Part shown: in pieces, positions 1 to 9,148 of the stretch | How positions within the stretch are numbered: position 1 is the first letter of the stretch | Layout of the letters: each line of letters opens with the position of its first letter | Source of the DNA: Candidatus Hydrogenedentota bacterium | Lineage (GTDB): Bacteria; Hydrogenedentota; Hydrogenedentia; Hydrogenedentales; SLHB01 | Direction: 5' to 3' | Assembly (NCBI GenBank): GCA_045863295.1 | Contig: BTWA01000028.1 | Span: 5,274-69,273, forward strand | Length of the DNA: 64,000 nt | Made by a program: the position numbers and the translations under genes | The notes under the pieces: generated by a model | What the model was told of the DNA's origin: nothing | Seen by the model: only the letters and a program-made list of their open reading frames with translations | The model's database searches: none

Positions 1-412
1 GGTCTACTCCAAACTGCAGTTCGACTTCGCGAACGGTGCACCCTTCACCGCGCATCTCGCTGAGGTTCGTCGACAACAGATTGTCCGGGCGAGGCGGAAC
101 CGTTCCGAATATCCAGTGGGAAATGTCGTTGAGTAGCGTTTCCCGGTGAACTTGCCATTCAGTGACGGTATTGATTACGTACTCCTCGGGCGTGTTTTCA
201 TGGGCAAGGAGTGGATTGGGAAGATTGGGGATGGATGGCATCGCATCGAAATCAGGCGGCAATTCGCCGGACTGTTCCAGCCATTGCGTCCAGGCCGGAC
301 TTTCCTGCAAAACACGTTTTAACTGGCCTAGCGTCGATTCACGGCGAGTCGCTTCGTCCGCCCACACCGATGCCGCCAACAAGTAAACGCAGAAGACCCT
401 TGCCAGCCTCAT
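1..412 (-). CDS. Partial secreted alpha/beta-hydrolase-like protein, 3' end cut by the window edge; N-terminal region resembles esterase-type proteins (glucuronoyl/acetyl-xylan esterase-like).
   Basis: Not in the ORF track (no stop within the window). The reverse strand from the ATG at 410-412 reads MRLARVFCVYLLAASVWADEATRRESTLGQLKRVLQES...LPNPLLAHENTPEEYVINTVTEWQVHRETLLNDISHWIFGTVPPRPDNLLSTNLSEMRGEGCTVREVELQFGVD, open to position 1. The N-terminus is an obvious signal peptide. The motif spacing matches N-termini I recall from secreted esterase families. Confidence 0.45.
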   Translation of the reverse strand, partial: MRLARVFCVYLLAASVWADEATRRESTLGQLKRVLQESPAWTQWLEQSGELPPDFDAMPSIPNLPNPLLAHENTPEEYVINTVTEWQVHRETLLNDISHWIFGTVPPRPDNLLSTNLSEMRGEGCTVREVELQFGVD

Positions 413-475
413 AGACATAATCCAAATCCACCTGACTGATTGGCAATATCCCTACACCGCACTTACTGGCACAAC

Positions 476-1018
476 TCAATTCGGCAAATCAGGCGCAGCA
501 GGGAAATCGCTGGGGGTATCCATTATGTGATTGAAATAATTGGTGAAAATATTGAGACAGACTACACTGACGATTTCCACGAGTTCCTGATCGGTTACGC
601 CCGCGGCCCGTAACGCATTCACGTCGTCGTCGCTCACATGACCAAGCGTATCGAGCATCCGTTGTGCAAAGCGGAGTACGGCATCGGACTTTTCGTCGAT
701 GCCTTGTCCCATTCGACTCTGAATGGTTTGCGCCTCGGTAAGGCCCGCTTTCATGGCGCCGGCTGTGTGCGCGGCCAGACAATACGTGCATTCGTTTTCT
801 TCGGCGAGCAGGAGCGCAATTTGTTCTCGCAATTTCACGGGCAGCGAGGTGCGGCCCATTGCGCCGCTGAGCGCGAGAAAGCCCTCGAGCACGGCAGGAG
901 AATTGGCCATGCATTTGTACATGCCGTAGACCTTGCCTGCTCGCTGCTGAAGGCCTTCCATAATCTCCCGGGCCTTGCCTTGTGCCTGTTCCGTATTCAC
1001 CAATTGTACTCGGGGCAT
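476..1018 (-). CDS. Carboxymuconolactone decarboxylase / AhpD-like peroxidase-fold protein
   Basis: 180 aa with the family-typical ...EENECTYCLAAHTAGA... (CxxC..H) core. An AGGAG sits 8 nt upstream of the ATG at 1018. Confidence 0.8.
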   Translation of the reverse strand: MPRVQLVNTEQAQGKAREIMEGLQQRAGKVYGMYKCMANSPAVLEGFLALSGAMGRTSLPVKLREQIALLLAEENECTYCLAAHTAGAMKAGLTEAQTIQSRMGQGIDEKSDAVLRFAQRMLDTLGHVSDDDVNALRAAGVTDQELVEIVSVVCLNIFTNYFNHIMDTPSDFPAAPDLPN

Positions 1019-1157
1019 CTTAATATCTCCTGAATACTGGGCAACTCGGATGCCGGTTTATCCGATGGCATGGTAGCAGCCATGAAACGGCGAATTCGAC
1101 ACACACGGCCCCGGCGCCAATCCAATCTACCAGGCGACGGAGCCTGCGAGGTCCGGA

Positions 1158-2717
1158 CTAGTGTGTCCATCCCGACGACAGCAACGTTCGGTCCCGAAAA
1201 AGCGCGACGTCCATCAGAGGTATGTCATCAGGGACAATAGGCCGAAACTCCATCTGGTCGAGGATATCCCGTTGGAGATCAATGCCGGGCGCGATTTCGG
1301 AAAGCAGTAGTCCTTCTGGCACGAGATGGAAAACGCATCGCTCGGTAACGAACATCGCATCCTGCTTGAGACGACGAGCCCGGTTGCCGCTATAGGTGAT
1401 CTGATCGACCTTCTGGACAAATTTGGCGGCCTTGCCTTCGGATTCAATGGTCAGTTTTCCATCTCCAACGGACGCCTTCAGGCCGCCCGCTCTGAACTCG
1501 CCGCAGAAGATACATTGCTTTGCATTTTGAGTCAGGTCGATGAACCCGCCACAGCCGATGACTTTGTTGCCCAGCCTGCTGACGTTGACATTGCCTTCGC
1601 GATCGACTTGAGCCAGACCCACGCACGTGACGTCCAACCCTCCGCCATCGTAGAAGTCGAACATTGCGGGTTGTGACACAAATGCCCGCGGGTTACGCGC
1701 TGGTCCGAAATTCTTGCCGGTGTCGGGCTGGCCACCAATAACGCCGAACTCGGTATTAAGGGTTATGTCTTCGAGGATACCTTCCTCAAAGGCCACGGCA
1801 GAAACGCCTTGGGGAATTCCCACTCCCAGATTGACGGTCATTCCAGCGGCCAGTTCGCGCGCAGCTCGGCTGCAAATAACCTTTTCGATAGTCAACGACA
1901 TAGGCTGGACGACCGAGGAGAGTGGCACGGTAGTTTCGCCGGTGAAAGACGGATCGAACTCGACGAAAAGTGAGTGTGGATGCACCTTGCGTGATGGCGC
2001 GACCACAATGTAGTCGACCAGCATGCCGGGAATACGCACCATATGTGGGTTGGCCGCCGACGCGGATAGCTGTTCGACTTGGACGATTACAGTACCGCCG
2101 CAGTTCTTCACGGCGAGCGCCAACTCGAAGGCATCCATCAGCAACGGTTCGTTCTCGCAAGTAATATTTCCCTGGGGATCAGCGGTCGTACCCCGCACAA
2201 TGCCCACATTCAATGGAATCGACTTGTAGAACAAATACTCCTCGCCATTTAATTGAACAAGCTGAACCAAATCGTTGGCGGCTTTTGTGCGACGATTGGT
2301 TTTGCCGCCGTCGATACGAGGGTCGACAAACGTCTCCAACCCAACGGTGGTCACCAGACCAGGCCGCTTGGCCGCTATCTCGCGATAGAGTTGGGCCAAC
2401 GTACCCTGCGGAAAATTGTAACACTCGACGGCGTCTTCGGCGACCATCTTGACCAACAGGTGATTGACTCCGATATGGCCCGCGATTATTCGCGAGACCA
2501 TGCCGGGCACGGCAAAATGATTCATCCCCTTTACATCTGCGCTAAATGGCCCTAAACCCGCTGTAAATAGAATGGTGAGATTATTGGGGCGTCCGGTCGA
2601 CTCAAAAGCACGCCGGAATGCTGGAAAGACTTCCTCGGTTGGCACGGGATTAACCGCAACCGTTGCATTGTCGGGCACACGGCGAATGGCCTCATCGGCG
2701 GTCACTACGGCAGGCAT
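1158..2717 (-). CDS. Family I CoA-transferase with fused alpha/beta subunits (acetate/propionate CoA-transferase, YdiF/Pct-like)
   Basis: Aligns by eye along its full length with E. coli YdiF-type CoA-transferase, for example ...EIAPGIDLQRDILDQMEFRPIVPDDIPLMD... The ORF track's start at 2741 is a TTG. The ATG at 2715-2717 (MPAVVTADEAI) has a GGGGGA 9 nt upstream and matches homologue N-termini, so I chose it. Confidence 0.8.
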   Translation of the reverse strand: MPAVVTADEAIRRVPDNATVAVNPVPTEEVFPAFRRAFESTGRPNNLTILFTAGLGPFSADVKGMNHFAVPGMVSRIIAGHIGVNHLLVKMVAEDAVECYNFPQGTLAQLYREIAAKRPGLVTTVGLETFVDPRIDGGKTNRRTKAANDLVQLVQLNGEEYLFYKSIPLNVGIVRGTTADPQGNITCENEPLLMDAFELALAVKNCGGTVIVQVEQLSASAANPHMVRIPGMLVDYIVVAPSRKVHPHSLFVEFDPSFTGETTVPLSSVVQPMSLTIEKVICSRAARELAAGMTVNLGVGIPQGVSAVAFEEGILEDITLNTEFGVIGGQPDTGKNFGPARNPRAFVSQPAMFDFYDGGGLDVTCVGLAQVDREGNVNVSRLGNKVIGCGGFIDLTQNAKQCIFCGEFRAGGLKASVGDGKLTIESEGKAAKFVQKVDQITYSGNRARRLKQDAMFVTERCVFHLVPEGLLLSEIAPGIDLQRDILDQMEFRPIVPDDIPLMDVALFRDRTLLSSGWTH

Positions 2718-2800
2718 GAATGGATTCCCCCACGGTTCCAAATACCAAGTCCCCCCACGGGAATTGTACCAGCTATTACCGCGTATTGCGGTGACAGCGC

Positions 2801-2846
2801 AAAAAAAGGACGCCCCCGAATGGTAATGGCCATTGGGGGGCGTCTA
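2801..2846 (-). terminator. Rho-independent terminator downstream of the DAHP synthase gene
   Basis: Inverted repeat ggacgcccccgaatgg-taatgg-ccattggggggcgtc (8+5 bp stem). It is preceded on the plus strand by aaaaaaa, which is a T-run after the hairpin on the minus-strand transcript. Confidence 0.7.
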
Positions 2847-2869
2847 GAAATTTACAGAATCTCAAGCGG

Positions 2870-3943
2870 TTATTGGGTAACGGCTGTCCTCTTGTGTATG
2901 ACCTCCAGCCGATCATAGGCATTGAGCAACAGGCTTTCCGTTTCTTCCCAGCCAATGCAGGGATCAGTAATCGAGATGCCGTACTCCAATTGGGACGGAT
3001 CGTCGCCCAGTTTCTGGTTACCTTCCTTGATATTACTTTCGAGCATCAGGCCGAGGATATTCTCATTGCCGGCAACGCGTTGGTCGATAACCGCCTGCCA
3101 TACAACGGCCTGTTGGCGGAAATCCTTGTTGGAGTTTGCATGGCTGCAGTCAACCATGATTCTGGGATTGAGGCCGCGCTTCGTGAGCAGGGAGAAGGAC
3201 TCGTCCAGGCTGGCCGGATCGTAATTGGTGCCAGAGCGCCCGCCACGCAGAATCAAATGTCCGTATGGATTGCCCTTGGTATTCACCACGCACGTTTGCC
3301 CGTCGGAATCGATGCCGAGAAAAGCATGGGAGTGTTCGGCGGCTTCCATGGCATCCACCGCGATTTGAAGATTCCCATCCGTCCCATTCTTGAATCCAAC
3401 AGGCATGGACAACCCACTGGCCATCTGCCGATGAGTCTGGGATTCGGTGGTTCGTGCGCCAAGCGAGGCCCACGTGACTAGATCGGCCGTATATTGGGGC
3501 GTGATGGGGTCCAGCATTTCGGTGGCCGCAGGCATGCCCATTTCATTAACTTTCATCAGAATGGAGCGGCCTTTACGCAAGCCCGTATCGATATCGAACG
3601 TACCGTTGAGGAACGGGTCATTTGTCAGGCCTTTCCAACCGACCGTGGTGCGGGGCTTTTCAAAATAGACTCGCATCACCAGACATATGCGGTCGTTGAC
3701 ACGTTTGGCCAAATCGACGAGCCGCGCGGCATAGTCCAAAGCCGCCACTTCGTCGTGAATGCTGCAAGGACCGACCACGACCAGAAATCGTGGATCTTCA
3801 CCCTTGATAATATGCTGCAGCGCGATGCGCCCTTTCACCACGGTCATGCAGGCTTTCTCGGAGATGGGGAGGAATTCCTTAAGTTCCCGCGGTGAAATCA
3901 GGGGAACAATACTGCGTATATTAATGTCCTGGGTCTTTTCCAT
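2870..3943 (-). CDS. aroG: 3-deoxy-7-phosphoheptulonate (DAHP) synthase, class I alpha (AroG/AroF/AroH type)
   Basis: Strong full-length similarity to E. coli AroG: ...VMRVYFEKPRTTVGWKGL..., ...GARTTESQ..., ...SITDPCIGWE.... The ORF track start is GTG-ATC-ATG; I chose the ATG at 3941-3943. Confidence 0.9.
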   Translation of the reverse strand: MEKTQDINIRSIVPLISPRELKEFLPISEKACMTVVKGRIALQHIIKGEDPRFLVVVGPCSIHDEVAALDYAARLVDLAKRVNDRICLVMRVYFEKPRTTVGWKGLTNDPFLNGTFDIDTGLRKGRSILMKVNEMGMPAATEMLDPITPQYTADLVTWASLGARTTESQTHRQMASGLSMPVGFKNGTDGNLQIAVDAMEAAEHSHAFLGIDSDGQTCVVNTKGNPYGHLILRGGRSGTNYDPASLDESFSLLTKRGLNPRIMVDCSHANSNKDFRQQAVVWQAVIDQRVAGNENILGLMLESNIKEGNQKLGDDPSQLEYGISITDPCIGWEETESLLLNAYDRLEVIHKRTAVTQ

Positions 3944-4152
3944 GATCACTTCCGTTGGTTCAGCGCACTGGATTGTGTGCCCATAACCCGCCTAAAATGA
4001 CGGTTTCGGGGGCCAAACCGGCTTTCCCCATTATGGCAGAGAACGGCCGGATCGTTCAATCCCGGCGTGGCTTATACCGGTTCTTTCCCGTATTAAATGC
4101 CATGCATACGGGTCGTCCTGATGGGGTGAATCAACGTAGGAGAATTCGCTGT

Positions 4153-4836
4153 ATGGTGTCGAAATTGACCGCAGAAATCGAGCAAAAGCTGTTAAGCGTG
4201 GACAGCCCGACCGTCTCGAACGCAATAGAAAAATTCAATGTTCGTAGCCGCTGGTCCGGGTATATGGGGCCACAGATTCAATGCCGCTTCCCGAAGATGG
4301 GGGCCGTCGTGGGCTATGCCACGACGTGCACCATTATCGACTACGACGAATTGAATCCTCCGGACGCCAGGGAACGCGTCAAGTGGATTGAATCCATCTA
4401 CAATATGCCAAAACCCTGTGTGTGTGTGGTCAAGGACATGACAAGCCGCAAGGGGTGGGCCTCGCATTGGGGCGAAATCATGGGTACCCAAATCCAGGTG
4501 CTTGGCGCGAAGGCAATTATCACGGATGGGGCGGTACGCGACCTGGAGGCCCTGGAAAAAATGGGCATGAAAGTATGGAGCGAACACGTAGTTGTGTCGC
4601 ACGGGTGGATCGACTGTGGCAAGGCGGATATTCCGGTGGACGTGGGCGGGCTGCTTGTCAATCCAGGGGATATCCTGCATGCGGACGTTAACGGTGTCGT
4701 GTCCATACCCCACGAGTTGCTGGACAAGTTACCTGCGGCTATCGATGAAGTATTGGAGAATGAGCGGGTAATTCTGAAGAATTTCAGGGAAAAGGGATTT
4801 GATCTGGAGGCGTTTCGCAAGCAAGTGGAACACTAA
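4153..4836 (+). CDS. RraA-like / 4-hydroxy-4-methyl-2-oxoglutarate aldolase-family protein
   Basis: About 227 aa from the internal ATG at 4153, which has an AGGAG 10 nt upstream. The upstream part of the listed ORF (3955-4152) overlaps the divergent aroG start region and was discarded. The family call comes from fold-typical length and the GxxxTDGAVRD-type motif (...AIITDGAVRDLEAL...). Confidence 0.7.
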   Translation: MVSKLTAEIEQKLLSVDSPTVSNAIEKFNVRSRWSGYMGPQIQCRFPKMGAVVGYATTCTIIDYDELNPPDARERVKWIESIYNMPKPCVCVVKDMTSRKGWASHWGEIMGTQIQVLGAKAIITDGAVRDLEALEKMGMKVWSEHVVVSHGWIDCGKADIPVDVGGLLVNPGDILHADVNGVVSIPHELLDKLPAAIDEVLENERVILKNFREKGFDLEAFRKQVEH

Positions 4837-4953
4837 AATCGAACCTATAGCGATTTACGTTTTCACGTAGCCGCAGAATATGCCGTGAGGTACTGCACTT
4901 AATCGCGAATCGCTTACATTCACGGCTATAGGTTTTCTTAAATTGCTCTAAGA

Positions 4954-4998
4954 CAAAATCCGGGACTGCCGTCCAATCAGCCGTCCCGGATTTCTTTT
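4954..4998. terminator. Bidirectional terminator between convergent genes
   Basis: ccgggactgccg-tccaatcag-ccgtcccgg hairpin, flanked by an A-rich stretch upstream and atttctttt downstream. It lies between the + gene ending at 4836 and the - gene ending at 5011. Confidence 0.6.
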
Positions 4999-5010
4999 AC
5001 TCGATTAGAC

Positions 5011-6078
5011 TTATCGAAACGTATCCATGATTTCTTTCAATACGCTGTCGGATGGGCGAATCAATCCGTCGTTCAAATGCACCAGCGGCGTGTCGATCAA
5101 ATTGATTTGATCGTGAATTGTCGGCACTTGCGCGTCGTAATACATAAGCCCGGTGTAGAAAAGCCCCTCGAGGTGGACTCGCTCCAACATGTCGAGCGCC
5201 TGACGCTGATCGGTCGGATCGTATTCGTGATTGAGCTTCTTGAGCGTAATTGTGGAGCCGTCGTGCATCTTCACAACCTGCATGGTGCCCTCGTCGTATT
5301 CCACTTCGATGTTCTCGTAACGGGGAATGAAATCGATGTCGTGAAGCGGATCCTCGAACTTTCGCGCATAGGCGCGGCTCTTGGTGGAACCCTCATGATC
5401 GTTGAACGTGACACAGGGTGATATGATGTCGATCACGGCCGATCCCTGATGGGCGATAGCCCCCTTGATCAACGCCCGCACCTGTTTCGCGTCGCCAGAG
5501 AATGAACGGGCCACGTAGCCGCATCCCATTTGAATGGCGAGGGCACATAGATCGATCGCTTCCTGGTCGATGGCACGGCCACCGCGCATGAGCGAACCCT
5601 TGTCGGCCGTTGCCGAAGCCTGTCCTTTAGTCAACCCGTAACAACCGTTATTTTCGACAATGTAAATGATGGGCACGTTCCGGCGAATCATGTGGCAGAA
5701 ATTGCCCAGTCCGATCGACGCCGTGTCACCGTCGCCACTGACGCCGATATTCAGCAACGTGCGGTTCGCAACCGACACTCCCGTAGCAATTGTCGACATG
5801 CGGCCATGGACCGAGTTGAACCCGTGCGAACCATTGAAGAAGTAGTTCGTTGTCTTGCTGGAGCAGCCAATGCCGCTGAGTTTGGCGATGCGGTATTGCT
5901 CGACATCGAGGTCGTAAAATGACTTCATGATGGAGGCGGAAATGGCATCATGGCCACACCCTTTGCAGAGCGTGGATTCGGCACCTTTGTAGTCATCGAG
6001 CATCAAGCCGAGGCGATTCGTTTTCTTGCCTTTGCCGGCTTCGGTATCCGTTTCTGTGGTCGAGAGGACGCTTTCCAT
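5011..6078 (-). CDS. korB: 2-oxoglutarate/2-oxoacid:ferredoxin oxidoreductase, beta (TPP-binding) subunit
   Basis: 355 aa. TPP-binding region ...GDGDTASIGLGNF...IYIVENNGCYGLTKGQ... with N-terminal cysteine pair CKGCGHD. Immediately downstream of korA and co-directional with it. Confidence 0.85.
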   Translation of the reverse strand: MESVLSTTETDTEAGKGKKTNRLGLMLDDYKGAESTLCKGCGHDAISASIMKSFYDLDVEQYRIAKLSGIGCSSKTTNYFFNGSHGFNSVHGRMSTIATGVSVANRTLLNIGVSGDGDTASIGLGNFCHMIRRNVPIIYIVENNGCYGLTKGQASATADKGSLMRGGRAIDQEAIDLCALAIQMGCGYVARSFSGDAKQVRALIKGAIAHQGSAVIDIISPCVTFNDHEGSTKSRAYARKFEDPLHDIDFIPRYENIEVEYDEGTMQVVKMHDGSTITLKKLNHEYDPTDQRQALDMLERVHLEGLFYTGLMYYDAQVPTIHDQINLIDTPLVHLNDGLIRPSDSVLKEIMDTFR

Positions 6079-6089
6079 GCACGCCTTCC

Positions 6090-7928
6090 TTATTTGCCTG
6101 CGAGGTCGAGGCTAATCTTTTGCACAAGGGTTTCCGCATCAAGCGGAAGGCCGTTGTAGTGAAGAACGCTTTTCAGTTTGACACTTTGTTCGGGGTATTC
6201 GCTGCGAAGAATCATGGCCATTTGCGCGTCGCGGTTTTGCTCCACGACGTAGACCGTTTTGTGCCTTTCGATGAATGACTTCACCACGCCGTTCACGGGA
6301 AGTGCTCGTATCCGCAGGTAGTCCACAGCAATGCCTTTAACCTGCTGTAAATACGCCCGGGCTTCCTGCACGGCGAGATCGCTGGACCCATAGGCAATCA
6401 CACCCACCTCCGAATGGGTGGACTCGTCCACTACCGGCACGGGCACCATTTCGCGTGCCGTGTCGAATTTACGGCCAAGCCGATCGAGGTTTTTGACCCA
6501 TTCGACAGGGCTCTCGGTGTAATTCGCGAATTCATTGTGGCCCGTGCCTCGGGTGAAGTATGCCGCCTTAGGATGATTCGTACCCGGAAGCGTACGATAA
6601 GGTATGCCGTCGCCGTCCACGTCCCGGTATCGTGCAAAGCTCTCGACCTGGTTCAACTCCTCCACGCCAAGGACCTTTCCGCGCTGCAGCGGCTCGGGCA
6701 ACGGTTTCATCGGATCGGAAAGCCACTTGTTCATGCCAAGGTCGAGGTCGGTCATTACAAAAACAAGAGTTTGCAACTGTGCCGCCAGATCAAGGGCCTT
6801 GGCCGTGAATTCGTAGCATTCTTCCATGTTGCCGGGAATAAGGAGCACATGGCGGCAATCTCCATGGGATAAGAAGTACGCCTTGGAAAGATCGCCCTGC
6901 GAGGTGCGAGTGGGCAAGCCGGTGCTGGGTCCAAGCCGCTGAACGTCAACAATGACCGACGGAATCTCGGCAAAGTAGGCCAGTCCTGCCATTTCGGCCA
7001 TCAGTGAAATACCGGGGCCGGACGTGGCGGTCATGGTCCGGGCTCCCGCCCAGCCGCCGCCGACCATCATACCCATGGCGGCCAATTCATCTTCCGCCTG
7101 GACAATGGCATAGGTGGCTTTACCGGTTTCGGGGTCCTTTCGGTACTTCGCCATATACTTACTTAAGTACTCGCAGACGCTGCTGCTGGGCGTGATGGGA
7201 TACCAGGAAGCCATGGTGACACCGCCAAACATGGCGCCCAATGCGGTGGCTTCGTTGCCCTCAATCAGGATCTTGCCCTTGGCGGCGCTGGACCGGCGAA
7301 TGACATGGGTGGGATGCCGCGAAATGTGTTCGGCCGCCCAGTCAAACCCCGCCTTGGCCGCGGCCAGATTCAATTCGACCGCCTTCTGTTTTTTGCCAAA
7401 CTGGTGCGCGATGGCCCGCGTCACTTCCTCCATTTCGATGCCAAGCAGATATGCAGTGACGCCGACGTAAACGACGTTAACTACTTTGGGACGGAGACGC
7501 GTGTCTTCACAGGCCTGAGCCACCAGCTTGTTAAACGGAACAACAATTGCGTTAATGTCATCGCGCCGGCTGAAACTCTTCAGCGTGTCCGGCAAGATCA
7601 AGGTGGCATGGGGAGCAACATCTTTGACATCGGACACGATAGTGTCGGGATTCATGGCAATGGATACGTCGACGTTGGTCCGCTGAGCAAGCCAACCATG
7701 TTCATTCACCCGAATGGTATACCACGTGGGCAACCCTTGGATATTCGACGGGAAGAGGTTCTTGCCTGCGACGGGGACGCCCATTTCAAAAATGGAACGC
7801 ATGAGAATCAAGTTTGCCGATTGACTACCCGAACCGTTGGGAGTGGCGATCTTGATGACTACGTCGTTGACGACTTGCCGCGAATCGTGCGGCTGTGGAG
7901 CGGCTTCAACTTCAGTTACTTGCGACAT
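6090..7928 (-). CDS. korA: 2-oxoglutarate/2-oxoacid:ferredoxin oxidoreductase, alpha subunit (fused gamma-alpha type)
   Basis: 612 aa, with typical KorA/PorA pyruvate-flavodoxin-oxidoreductase core motifs. It is 12 bp upstream of korB, so the two look like an operon. Confidence 0.85.
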   Translation of the reverse strand: MSQVTEVEAAPQPHDSRQVVNDVVIKIATPNGSGSQSANLILMRSIFEMGVPVAGKNLFPSNIQGLPTWYTIRVNEHGWLAQRTNVDVSIAMNPDTIVSDVKDVAPHATLILPDTLKSFSRRDDINAIVVPFNKLVAQACEDTRLRPKVVNVVYVGVTAYLLGIEMEEVTRAIAHQFGKKQKAVELNLAAAKAGFDWAAEHISRHPTHVIRRSSAAKGKILIEGNEATALGAMFGGVTMASWYPITPSSSVCEYLSKYMAKYRKDPETGKATYAIVQAEDELAAMGMMVGGGWAGARTMTATSGPGISLMAEMAGLAYFAEIPSVIVDVQRLGPSTGLPTRTSQGDLSKAYFLSHGDCRHVLLIPGNMEECYEFTAKALDLAAQLQTLVFVMTDLDLGMNKWLSDPMKPLPEPLQRGKVLGVEELNQVESFARYRDVDGDGIPYRTLPGTNHPKAAYFTRGTGHNEFANYTESPVEWVKNLDRLGRKFDTAREMVPVPVVDESTHSEVGVIAYGSSDLAVQEARAYLQQVKGIAVDYLRIRALPVNGVVKSFIERHKTVYVVEQNRDAQMAMILRSEYPEQSVKLKSVLHYNGLPLDAETLVQKISLDLAGK

Positions 7929-8300
7929 AGGCCTGAAAGAACGCGCCGCAAATTACGGCGCGAACTGTGCTTCCTCCTGCTGTTTTGACTTTCCAAAGGC
8001 GCGTTCACCGTGTGTGGTTTGTTCAAAACTCCGCCACAAACCCTATTGCCAAGGGCACTTACCGGTAAGAACGCGTCAGGAAACCACTATGTTGCTGCTG
8101 CCAGGATTGGCCCCGACCGTTGGACCAATGTAACTACAGATGCAAAATCGTGACATGATACACGCTTACCGGCAAACGGTCAACTTTTCACTTACTCCAA
8201 TTGTACCCGAAATTTTGAGGAGAACGCCGGGTATAATGCTTCGCCGGAGGCTGCGGTATGCTCTGTACCAACACCACATAATTCCAGAAAGGGCAAGACT

Positions 8301-9104
8301 TTGAACCGATTTACAGACCAACGAATCATTGTCACAGGGGCGTCGGAAGGCATCGGACGTGCGCTTTGCCTGGCCCTTGCCCCTCAGAAGCCCCGACTGG
8401 TCTTGGCAGCCCGGAACACGGATCGCCTTCAGGAAGTAGCGAACCAGTGCCAGTCGCTGGGCGCCCGGACGGAGACAGTCCCCACGGATGTATGCGAGGA
8501 GACTGCCTGTAAAAATCTGATTGACCGTTCGGTTGCGGCCTTTGGAGGCGTCGACGCGTTGGTGAACAATGCGGGGGCGACCATGTGGGCCCGGCTGGAG
8601 GAGATGGAATCGCTCGAGATCTTTGAACGCCTGATGCGTGTGAACTACTTGAGCGCGGTCTACTGCACGTACTATGCCCTCCCCCATCTTAGACGGTCCA
8701 AGGGGTTGGTTGTGGGAGTGGCGAGCGGAGCCGGGCTGACTGGAGTGCCGACGCGCACCGGGTATGCCGCGAGCAAGCATGCGATGTTTGGCTTCTTCGA
8801 TTCCCTGCGCATTGAATTGGACGGCACAGGCGTAGACGTTACCATGGTTGCTCCGGATTTTGTGCTATCCGAGATTCACAAACGCGCGATAGGCAAAGAC
8901 GGAAGCCCTCTGGGAAGAAGTCCGTTGCTACAGAACAAGATCATGACGGCGGAGACGTGCGCGGCTCTAATAGTAAAGGCCATGGAACGGCGGCAACGCC
9001 TGTTGATGACATCGTCGCGCATCAGGCTGGGCCGGTGGGTTCGCTTGATTGCCCCAAAGTTAATTGATCGAATGGCATTGAACGCCATCAGCAAAGGTAA
9101 ATGA
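8301..9104 (+). CDS. Short-chain dehydrogenase/reductase (SDR) family oxidoreductase
   Basis: ...IIVTGASEGIGRAL... Rossmann motif and a YAASK catalytic YxxxK. TTG start with AAAGGG about 9 nt upstream. Confidence 0.8.
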   Translation: MNRFTDQRIIVTGASEGIGRALCLALAPQKPRLVLAARNTDRLQEVANQCQSLGARTETVPTDVCEETACKNLIDRSVAAFGGVDALVNNAGATMWARLEEMESLEIFERLMRVNYLSAVYCTYYALPHLRRSKGLVVGVASGAGLTGVPTRTGYAASKHAMFGFFDSLRIELDGTGVDVTMVAPDFVLSEIHKRAIGKDGSPLGRSPLLQNKIMTAETCAALIVKAMERRQRLLMTSSRIRLGRWVRLIAPKLIDRMALNAISKGK

Positions 9105-9105
9105 A

Positions 9106-9140
9106 CGAAGGGCACGCCGTAACGTGCCCCTCGATTGACG
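9106..9140. terminator. Candidate bidirectional terminator hairpin between SDR (+) and xylA (-)
   Basis: gggcacg-ccgtaa-cgtgccc hairpin at about 9110-9129, with a T-rich stretch on the minus-strand side. Confidence 0.45.
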
Positions 9141-9148
9141 TACAGTGG

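Noticed and set aside
3955-4152. N-terminal extension of the RraA-like ORF
   Set aside because: It overlaps the divergent aroG start region. The ATG at 4153 has AGGAG at -10 and gives the expected family length.
8166-8780. 204-aa minus-strand ORF
   Set aside because: It is antisense to the SDR gene, which has clear Rossmann and catalytic motifs, and it has no motifs of its own.
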